From contig JBFMAY010000001.1 in the NCBI GenBank assembly GCA_040755455.1, forward strand, positions 1 through 64,000: DNA of 64,000 nucleotides, read 5' to 3'. Position 1 is the first letter of the stretch. Every line of letters begins with the position of its first letter. The DNA comes from Thermodesulfobacteriota bacterium (GTDB lineage: Bacteria > Desulfobacterota > Desulfobulbia > Desulfobulbales > SURF-16). Positions 49,614 through 57,291 of the stretch are shown in pieces. The notes under the pieces are model-generated. The model was given only the letters and a program-made list of their open reading frames with translations. It ran no database searches and had not been told where the DNA came from. A program made the translations under genes and the position numbers.

Positions 49614-50309
49614 ATGAGGAAATTAATAGCTCCCATTGGAGCTGCCATGCTCTGTTTCGGCTTTGCCGGGACGGCGGCGGCAGCGACGTATTACACTGAG
49701 GGTACTCTGGTTATTCCAGATGATGCTACTGCGACTGTTGATGAGCCTAATGAAGGGATCTACGCTGATATAGATTTAGATATTGGCGACATCTCGGGCA
49801 TCGTCACCGATGTCAATGTGTTTGTGGACATCAGCCATACCAGTATTGGCGATCTGGAAATCTACCTTTATCACTCGGCTGACGGAGGGGACACCTGGAA
49901 ATCCGTACAGCTATTCAATCATGATCTTTTTTTCTTTCCAGGCTATGATTATCAATACAATAGCCTCGATAACATGACCGACGTTCTTTTTGACGACCAG
50001 GCCGATATCTCAATTAGCGACCCAACCGTTCGGGCACCCTACGGTCCTGGTTCCTTTCAACCAACCTCTTCTCCCGAAGAAGGCGAAAGCAATTTGCTGG
50101 CCGATTTCAATGGTGATCTGGCCGCAGGAATCTGGAGTCTTTATATCTTCGATTGGAAAAAGGGTGACACCGGTACCTTAAACGACCTCCATGTTGAGAT
50201 TGCAACGAAAGATGACCCGGCCAGCCCCGTGCCGCTGCCAGGTGCCGTTGTGTTTCTCGGGTCAGGACTCGGTGCCTTAGCCGCCGCCCGCCGCGCGAGA
50301 CGGAAATAA
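49614..50309 (+). CDS. Proprotein convertase P-domain protein with VPLP-CTERM (PEP-CTERM-like) sorting signal
   Basis: Signal peptide; DVNVFVDISHTSIGDLEIYL...GIWSLYIFD..GDTGTL; C-terminus PVPLPGAVVFLGSGLGALAAARRARRK. Confidence 0.85.
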   Translation: MRKLIAPIGAAMLCFGFAGTAAAATYYTEGTLVIPDDATATVDEPNEGIYADIDLDIGDISGIVTDVNVFVDISHTSIGDLEIYLYHSADGGDTWKSVQLFNHDLFFFPGYDYQYNSLDNMTDVLFDDQADISISDPTVRAPYGPGSFQPTSSPEEGESNLLADFNGDLAAGIWSLYIFDWKKGDTGTLNDLHVEIATKDDPASPVPLPGAVVFLGSGLGALAAARRARRK

Positions 50310-50590
50310 GTTTTAGCTGTCTCTCCGGCAGGGCCACAATCCTCCTGGAAATCAATTTCCCCGGCTGCAGCAGTCTGCAGCGATACTGTCGTATGCATCC
50401 TGCAGACCGGGGTTGTTCTGCCCCGGGAAAAATGCGCGTCGCGTATGCCGAACACTACGGAGAGATTATCCATGCAGATTCTGCCGTTTTAGTTTTATGC
50501 AAAGGGGGTGATTGCAACACGGAGGAAAGATTGCATTAAGAGGGTAACTGAGGAAAAAAGTTGAGGAATCATTTTGATGAGGGGAAAGAA

Positions 50591-52033
50591 ATGTTGAAAA
50601 AAATTCTATGTACACTGGCCATGCCGGCCACTCTTACTTTAGCATATGCAGTACCATCCTGGGCGGATGTTCCGCCTCCTCCGGTCAATCAGAACATTGG
50701 CATACCTGACGGCGTTTTCAACACCCTGGTTGAGGCAAACTGCCGGGCCTGCCATGAAGACACCACCGTCGTCAATCCGGGCACCATCCCGAACAGGCAT
50801 CATCTGCTGGTGGGAGCAATCATCCCTGACCCGACTGCCGCGCCTGCCGGAACACCCGGTAGCAAGTATGAATGTCTCTCCTGCCATCAGCTGGTCTGGG
50901 ATGCCGCGACATACAGTTATAATTTTGTCGCCTTCAGAGACTGTCTGCTCTGCCATGAGCAGCAGGCCGGACAGGCTTCCGTGCATCATCTGACGGCCAA
51001 GGCCCAGCAGAATGACTGCAAGGCCTGCCATGGTCCCATCGACAATCCGGGTGACGGACATTACATCCCCACCTATGACCCGTCGCTGGTGACCCCCCAG
51101 ACCGGCCTGGGCACCGGCGAGAATGGCGAGGGCGGTTGCGCCTTCTGCCATGACGAAGGGACCGATGATGTAAGCGGGGTTAAAGTTTACGCCAACATGG
51201 TGACCCATCACAGCACCGGCCTGGGCATTGATACGACCAAGTGCGTACTGTGCCATGATCCCCTGGCAGATGAGGCTGCCAAGGTTCGTCAGTGTGAGGT
51301 GTGCCACGGCGTGAATTCACTGCACAATATTCAGGTGGATTCCGATGCCAATGGCATTGATCCGGGCGTGGAAGATTCCTATTTCGGCCATATCGGCAAC
51401 CAGGATGACTGCTGGGGCTGTCACGGTTTCACCGCCGCAGCCGCCCCGTATTCCGGCCCGGTCATTCCTGATATCTCCGGCGTGAGCGCGCCGAGCGTAA
51501 CCGCAGGGTTCACCACCCAGCTCACCATCACCGGCGCCGCCTTTACCAATCTGGTGCAAGGCCCCACCGGTCCCATCGAGCTGACCAGCACCATCAGGCT
51601 GCAGGCAGGGGACGGCAGCGAAACCGTTCTGACCCCGGACTCCATCACGGAAAACACCATGGTCGTCACGGTGCCGGCCACCATGGCCCCGGGCAACTAT
51701 GCTTTAGCCGCGGTGAAGGGTAAGTCCGTCAGCAACACTGTCAATCTCGCCGTGCTGCCTGCGGTGAAGATTGCCTCAGCCACCTGTACCAACGGCGTGA
51801 TCAGCATCACTGGCAGCGGTTTCAGTCAGTACATCAATGCCATCGGCTCCGGTACCAGTGTGTCGCTGCCCTTTGCCGGAATTGACTGTGCTGTCATGTC
51901 CTGGTCCGATACCAGCATTGATGCCCTATGCGGCCAATGTGACCCGGCCATCACGGTTGACAGCGTCTTTGGCGAGTCAACAGGCGTAGTCTCAGTGACA
52001 CAAATCAACACCAAAAAGCCGAAAAGGAGATAA
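50591..52033 (+). CDS. omcZ: OmcZ-like octaheme c-type cytochrome with C-terminal beta-sandwich (IPT/TIG-like) domains
   Basis: Eight CxxCH motifs. VPPPPVNQ, IDNP.DGHYIPTY, RQCEVCHGVNSLHNIQ and GHIGN..DC.GCH match Geobacter OmcZ as recalled. Followed by a subtilase and a PPIase. Confidence 0.88.
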   Translation: MLKKILCTLAMPATLTLAYAVPSWADVPPPPVNQNIGIPDGVFNTLVEANCRACHEDTTVVNPGTIPNRHHLLVGAIIPDPTAAPAGTPGSKYECLSCHQLVWDAATYSYNFVAFRDCLLCHEQQAGQASVHHLTAKAQQNDCKACHGPIDNPGDGHYIPTYDPSLVTPQTGLGTGENGEGGCAFCHDEGTDDVSGVKVYANMVTHHSTGLGIDTTKCVLCHDPLADEAAKVRQCEVCHGVNSLHNIQVDSDANGIDPGVEDSYFGHIGNQDDCWGCHGFTAAAAPYSGPVIPDISGVSAPSVTAGFTTQLTITGAAFTNLVQGPTGPIELTSTIRLQAGDGSETVLTPDSITENTMVVTVPATMAPGNYALAAVKGKSVSNTVNLAVLPAVKIASATCTNGVISITGSGFSQYINAIGSGTSVSLPFAGIDCAVMSWSDTSIDALCGQCDPAITVDSVFGESTGVVSVTQINTKKPKRR

Positions 52034-52060
52034 CGGGAATCTGTTTTACCCTGTTTGGCT

Positions 52061-52106
52061 GGCAGGGGGCGGCGATGCCGCGGCCCCCTGCCGATTATCT
52101 TTTTTG
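52061..52106 (+). terminator. GC-rich hairpin between omcZ and the subtilase gene
   Basis: GGCAGGGGGC...GCCCCCTGCC with a delayed T-run. Confidence 0.6.
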
Positions 52107-52124
52107 CCTGAAGGTTGATGGTTC

Positions 52125-53393
52125 ATGAAGAAGCCAGAAAACTGCGCCATTGCTGTGCTCTTTGTTCTCCTGCTCTGCCTGCTCCTGCCGGCGGAAGCTG
52201 CCGCCTCCACTTCGGAACGCGCGGTGATAATCGGCTTTAACAACAGGCCGGGTTCCGCCGAGCGGGCGTTGCTCCGCGCTCACAACGGCAGGATGCGGCA
52301 TGCCTTCCGTCTTATCAAGGCCTTTGCCGCCAATCTCCCTGACCAGGAAATATCCCGTCTCCGCGCCAATCCCAGAATTAAATACGTGGTGGAGGATGCC
52401 GTGGTTTCCTTGGTTGAACCGGAGCTGTCGGAGGTCGAATACGGCAACTCCTGGGGAGTGCAGCGCATCGGTTGTGAATCCGTCCACGCGCAAGGCATCA
52501 CCGGCAGGGAAGTGAAAGTCGCCGTGATCGATACCGGCATTGATTATACCCATCCGCAGCTTTCGGTCAATTACCGGGGTGGCTATGATTTTGTTTTTAA
52601 AGACGAGAATCCGTATGATGACAGCTGGAACAGCCACGGCACCCACGTGGCCGGGGTCATTGCCGCGGTGGCGGACGGCAGCGGCGTGGTCGGCGGCGCC
52701 CCTGATGCCTCGTTGTATGCGGTGAAGGTTCTTGACGGGTCGGGATTCGGCCTGCTCAGTTGGGTCATCGCCGGCATCGAATGGTCGGTTGCCAACGGCA
52801 TGGATATCGCCAATATCAGCATTGCCGGCCCGGATTCGCCGGCACTCCACGAGGCCTGTGATGCAGCCTATGCGGCAGGGTTGCTGCTGGTGGCTGCTGG
52901 TGGCAACACCCGGGGGGGGGATGTGCTCTATCCCGCTGCCTATGATTCGGTCATTGCCGTCTCCGCTTCAGATCAAAGCGACCTTCCCGCCTGGTTTTCC
53001 CCCATGGCGGCCGAGGTTGAACTCATGGCCCCGGGGGTGGTGATAAACTCGACAACGGCCGATGGCGAATACGCCCTGCTGAGCGGCACATCCCAGGCGG
53101 CGCCCCATGTCGCCGCTGTGGCGGCGCTGCTGCTGGCCGGGCGGCAGGTTGATGCAAATCTTGACGGCGTAATCAACAATCGGGATGTCCGCCTGCGTCT
53201 GCAGCAGACGGCGGTTGATCTGGGCGATGCCGGCCGGGATGAGCTGTATGGTTTCGGTCTGGTCGATGCGCAAGCCGCGGTGCTTGCTGACGGTGATGTT
53301 GACGGACTTGATCTGCTGTTTTTCGCCCGGAAGCTGCAAACCGGGAGTGCCGGCATGACTATTGCGGATTTTGCCGCAGGCTTTGGCCGGTAA
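52125..53393 (+). CDS. Secreted S8 subtilase, OzpA-like
   Basis: Signal peptide and propeptide; VAVIDTGID, HGTHVAG, SGTSQAAPHVA triad; directly after omcZ. Confidence 0.9.
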   Translation: MKKPENCAIAVLFVLLLCLLLPAEAAASTSERAVIIGFNNRPGSAERALLRAHNGRMRHAFRLIKAFAANLPDQEISRLRANPRIKYVVEDAVVSLVEPELSEVEYGNSWGVQRIGCESVHAQGITGREVKVAVIDTGIDYTHPQLSVNYRGGYDFVFKDENPYDDSWNSHGTHVAGVIAAVADGSGVVGGAPDASLYAVKVLDGSGFGLLSWVIAGIEWSVANGMDIANISIAGPDSPALHEACDAAYAAGLLLVAAGGNTRGGDVLYPAAYDSVIAVSASDQSDLPAWFSPMAAEVELMAPGVVINSTTADGEYALLSGTSQAAPHVAAVAALLLAGRQVDANLDGVINNRDVRLRLQQTAVDLGDAGRDELYGFGLVDAQAAVLADGDVDGLDLLFFARKLQTGSAGMTIADFAAGFGR

Positions 53394-53467
53394 TGGTTGA
53401 TTTTTTTTTCGTCGCCAAAGGCGGACCGACGACAGGGATTACGAAGGATATGATCCGGGAGAGTTTG

Positions 53468-54466
53468 ATGACACGCGCAATTTTTTGTCTGTTCGCCCTA
53501 TCTTTGCTGGTCCTGCCGTACCTTGCGCCGCTTCAGGCAGCCGAAGCGGACCGGCAGGAGGCGACAGCCGGCAGCGCCATCGTGGCAACAGTCAACGGCA
53601 CCCCTATTGCGGAAGGGCTGCTGGCGGCCGAGGTGAAGCAACAATTGAAGAAATACAGCCGCTACGGCATGCGCCAGGCCACCCCGGAACTGACCGCCAC
53701 CCTGCGCCAGCAGGCCCTGGACAGGGTCATTGGCCAGGAACTGCTGCGCCAGGCCAGCAGCAGGATGGTCATCAGGGATGCGGAGGAGCAGGCCCGGCGG
53801 AAAATGGCGGCAATGCAGGCCGGATTCACATCCCCTGAACAGTTCGACCGCTATCTGGCAACCCGCAATCTGACCCCGGAAAAGTTAGTCGGCAACCTTC
53901 GCGGCCAGCTGCAGATGGAGGCCTATCTGGCCAGCCAGGGAATCACGGACGAGCCCACGGAGGAGCAGATCGCCGCCTATTATGAAGGGACAAAGGAGAA
54001 TTTCAAGCGAGAGGAGACCGTTAAGGCGCGCCATATCCTGATCGCGGCGGGTCCTGCGGTCGCCGCCGAGGTGAAGGAGCAGGCCCGGCGCCAGGCGGAA
54101 GAGCTGCGCAGCCAGCTTATAAAAGACGCCGCCCTGTTCCCCCAGCTTGCCGCCCGCTATTCCGGCTGCGCCCGATCAAAAGATCAGGCCGGGGAACTGG
54201 GCTTTATCAAGCGCGGTTTCATGCCCCCGGAATTTGATGCCGCCGCCTTTGCCCTGCCCCTGGGGCAAATCAGTGAGGTTGTTGCCACGAGCTTCGGCTT
54301 TCACCTCATCCAGGTTGCCGACAAAAAACCAGCCGGCTATGCGCCGCTGGAGGAGGTTCATGATTTCATCAGCAAGTACCTGCAGGGGGACATGACGGCA
54401 AAAAGAAAGGCCTTACATATCGAGGAGCTGAGGAAGCAGGCGGCCATTGAGGTCCTGCTCAACTGA
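53468..54466 (+). CDS. SurA/PpiC-type peptidyl-prolyl isomerase
   Basis: VATVNG, VKARHILI, GELGFIKRG.MPPEFD, TSFGFHLI; alternative start at 53393. Confidence 0.9.
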   Translation: MTRAIFCLFALSLLVLPYLAPLQAAEADRQEATAGSAIVATVNGTPIAEGLLAAEVKQQLKKYSRYGMRQATPELTATLRQQALDRVIGQELLRQASSRMVIRDAEEQARRKMAAMQAGFTSPEQFDRYLATRNLTPEKLVGNLRGQLQMEAYLASQGITDEPTEEQIAAYYEGTKENFKREETVKARHILIAAGPAVAAEVKEQARRQAEELRSQLIKDAALFPQLAARYSGCARSKDQAGELGFIKRGFMPPEFDAAAFALPLGQISEVVATSFGFHLIQVADKKPAGYAPLEEVHDFISKYLQGDMTAKRKALHIEELRKQAAIEVLLN

Positions 54467-54562
54467 GCGGCACCAGCCGCCATGGCTTGTTTGGCTCACT
54501 GAAAAGAGTTGCGGGCAATCTTTCAAGGGAAAACCGACAGATAATTTTTACCGGTGAATGAT

Positions 54563-55081
54563 ATGAAAAACAGCAAGTTTCTTTCACGTATAACGGATCT
54601 TCTCCTGCCCGGAGTGCTGCCGCAGAACAGGCGGCTTCTTGCCGTGGCATGTCTCATCGCGGCGCACCATCTTTTTTCCTGCGCGGCAAGCTGGGCGTAT
54701 GGCGGCGGAGGCTCATATGGCGGAATAACCGGCGGCGACGGCCTGCCCACGGAAGAGGATTGCCGCAGCTGTCATGACAACCTCGTCAGGTTCCCTTTTC
54801 TTGATGAAACCAATATCAACAAGCATCATCTGCTGGTGGGCCAGCCAGTTGTCCTGCCCACGGCCCCGCCCGGAGTTGAATCCGTTGCAACCTATGAATG
54901 TCTCTTCTGTCATCCCGCCGTCTGGGATGCCGAGATACCCGGCTACACGGTTTCGCTGTTCAGGGACTGCCTGGTCTGTCATCCTGTGGAAACCGTGTCC
55001 GGCCCGCCGCGGATGCAGGGCAGCAACCGGCACCATAAGCTGGGCTACAGCTGCAGCGTCTGTCACGCGCAGCGCCGATAA
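54563..55081 (+). CDS. Tetraheme c-type cytochrome paralogous to the N-terminal half of OmcZ
   Basis: CRSCH, CLFCH, CLVCH, CSVCH; shares HHLLVG, YECL.CH..VWDA and FRDCL.CH with the gene at 50591. Confidence 0.85.
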   Translation: MKNSKFLSRITDLLLPGVLPQNRRLLAVACLIAAHHLFSCAASWAYGGGGSYGGITGGDGLPTEEDCRSCHDNLVRFPFLDETNINKHHLLVGQPVVLPTAPPGVESVATYECLFCHPAVWDAEIPGYTVSLFRDCLVCHPVETVSGPPRMQGSNRHHKLGYSCSVCHAQRR

Positions 55082-55153
55082 ATGAAGTGAAGCAATAAAA
55101 TGAAACGTAGTTAACCTGTCAAAGCAAATGAAGAGAAATGAAGAGAAAAGACC

Positions 55154-56245
55154 ATGAAATACCGACGCAGATACATTTGTCCGTTGTTGATAGTACCGCT
55201 GGCGGTTCTGTCATCTTCAGCGATAGCCAGAGTGCAGGGTCCCTGTTCCGCCTGTCATACCATGCACAACAGCCAGGATGGCGAACAGATGGTGGCGGAG
55301 GCCAAGGGGGCGCAGGAAAGGCTGCTGGTTGATGACTGCGTGGGCTGTCACAGCAACAACGGCAGCGCCACCATTGTTGATATGGGCAACGGAGACCGGG
55401 TCCCCATCGTCTTCAACACCATTGAACCCACCTACCCGCCGGACGGCTCCGCCTCCTCCTCCCTGGCCGGCGGCAATTTCTACTGGGTGGCCCAGGTCGG
55501 CGGGGATAACAAGGGGCACAACGTTTACGGCATTTCCGACACGGACAGCGTCCTGTCCGGCCCGGCCTGGACTTTTTACGCCCCCGGCCATTCCACCTCC
55601 TGTTCGCCCTGCCATGATACCCTGGCAACAGAAAATAGCGGCTGCAAAGGCTGTCACTATCCCCGGCATCATGCGGGCGGCACCTCCGAGGTGGCCGAAG
55701 CGTCAAGCGGCTGGTACCGTTTTCTCGGCGCCCTGCCGGCCATGATGGCTGATCCCACCTCATTCGGCGTCAAGGGTATTGAAGAGGAAGACTGGGAACA
55801 GAACCCGTCGGCTGGCAAACATAACGGCTACTTCGGCACCTCGGATGTTTACGCCAAAGAGACCTTCATGACCCGTTTTACCATCGGCCAGTTCTGCAGC
55901 GGCTGCCACGGTAATTTCCACCATGAGATGAACGCCAATCAGCCGGTTGACTATAACGGCGCCTGGCTGCGCCATCCATCGGATGTGGTTATCCCCAACA
56001 GCGGTGAGTTCAGTGAGATGAATGCGTACAATCCGCTGGCGCCGGTGGCCAAAACCGACCTCAGCGGCCAGAAGAACGACGCCACGGTGGATCTTGATCA
56101 GGACGTGGTGACCTGCATCTCCTGCCATCGGCCCCACGGTTCACCCTATCCGGACATGCTGCGCTGGGATTACGACACCTGCGTCTCAGGCGCGGCGAAT
56201 GATGAATGCGGCTGCTTTGTCTGCCATGCGGCCAAGGATAATTAA
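55154..56245 (+). CDS. OmcS-like multiheme cytochrome with seven CxxCH motifs
   Basis: Signal peptide; CSACHTMHNS, CVGCH, GGNFYW, KGHN, CSPCH, CKGCH, YRFLG, CSGCH, LRHP, CISCHRPHGS, CFVCH..KD. Confidence 0.8.
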   Translation: MKYRRRYICPLLIVPLAVLSSSAIARVQGPCSACHTMHNSQDGEQMVAEAKGAQERLLVDDCVGCHSNNGSATIVDMGNGDRVPIVFNTIEPTYPPDGSASSSLAGGNFYWVAQVGGDNKGHNVYGISDTDSVLSGPAWTFYAPGHSTSCSPCHDTLATENSGCKGCHYPRHHAGGTSEVAEASSGWYRFLGALPAMMADPTSFGVKGIEEEDWEQNPSAGKHNGYFGTSDVYAKETFMTRFTIGQFCSGCHGNFHHEMNANQPVDYNGAWLRHPSDVVIPNSGEFSEMNAYNPLAPVAKTDLSGQKNDATVDLDQDVVTCISCHRPHGSPYPDMLRWDYDTCVSGAANDECGCFVCHAAKDN

Positions 56246-56259
56246 AGGATACTTAAAGC

Positions 56260-56320
56260 GGTAAGCGATCACCGGCGCAACAACCCTGTGATCGCTTGCC
56301 TCGCGCGGCTCTTTTTTTTC
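56260..56320 (+). terminator. Probable terminator ending the cytochrome cluster
   Basis: GGTAAGCGATCAC...GTGATCGCTTGCC with a downstream T8. Confidence 0.6.
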
Positions 56321-56358
56321 TCGCATCAGGTGAGCGGTATTGGTTATAATTTCTCATC

Positions 56359-57285
56359 ATGCCCGCACGCAATCACCTGCCGGAAATGCCGATCATCAGG
56401 CCGCCCAGCGAATGGCGCAGCCTGCTTGTCCGCCTCACCCGCGGCTGCCGATGGAACCGCTGCCGTTTCTGCGGCATCTATCCGCATCTCGGTGCGCCAA
56501 ACTTCTCGGTGCGGACGGTTGCCGAGGTCAAGCATGACATCGATCTGCTCAGCCGGCTGCGGCCAAGGGCGGAAACCGCCTTTTTCGGCGACGCCGATCC
56601 CCTGGACATCGGCCTTGCCCCTTTCTGTGACATCGCCGTCTACCTGCGGCGCATCTTCCCCGTGCAGAGACTGACCTGCTATGCCAGGGCGTCAACCCTG
56701 TCCAGGCTCGGCCGGCAGGCCATTATCGACTTGGCCGGCGCAGGGCTGAACCGGGTGCATGTGGGCCTTGAATCCGGCGATGCCCGCATCCTGCGGTTTC
56801 ACCGCAAAGGCCAGTCGCCGGCCATGGTCAGCAGGGTGGCCGGCTGGCTCAAGGAGGCCGGCATCGAGCTTTCCTTTTACGTGCTGCTCGGGCTGGGGGG
56901 CAGGGACCACTGGCAGGAGCATATTGACGCCACGGCCCGGCTGATCAACGCCACGGAGCCGCAGTTCGTGCGCCTCCGCCGGCTGTGGCTCTATGGTGAC
57001 GGCAGCGGCCTGGCCGGGGCCGAATGCCCGCTGTGGCGGGAAATCCGCGCCGGTGCCTTTGCGCCCCAGACCCCGGAGGGAACCGTGCGGGAGCTGCGTC
57101 TGCTCCTCGCCGGTCTTAATGATCTTGCCACCTTTGTCGCCTGCGACCATGAGAACAACTATGTCCATGTTGCCGGCATGCTTAAGGCGGACAGAGAGGA
57201 GATGCTGGCGGAAGTCGACGGCTTTCTCGCCCTGCCGGAGGCCGAGCGGGAGGCCCATTATGCGGCGGTGGGCTCCAGGATCTGA
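56359..57285 (+). CDS. Radical SAM protein
   Basis: IIRPPSE, GCRWNRCRFC, VGLESG, DHENN. Confidence 0.88.
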   Translation: MPARNHLPEMPIIRPPSEWRSLLVRLTRGCRWNRCRFCGIYPHLGAPNFSVRTVAEVKHDIDLLSRLRPRAETAFFGDADPLDIGLAPFCDIAVYLRRIFPVQRLTCYARASTLSRLGRQAIIDLAGAGLNRVHVGLESGDARILRFHRKGQSPAMVSRVAGWLKEAGIELSFYVLLGLGGRDHWQEHIDATARLINATEPQFVRLRRLWLYGDGSGLAGAECPLWREIRAGAFAPQTPEGTVRELRLLLAGLNDLATFVACDHENNYVHVAGMLKADREEMLAEVDGFLALPEAEREAHYAAVGSRI

Positions 57286-57291
57286 AGCACC

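Noticed and set aside
49240..50590. Cyclic-dinucleotide riboswitch in the leaders of the cytochrome cluster, as for Geobacter omcS
   Set aside because: No AAACC...GGGACGSAAAGCC core was found there.
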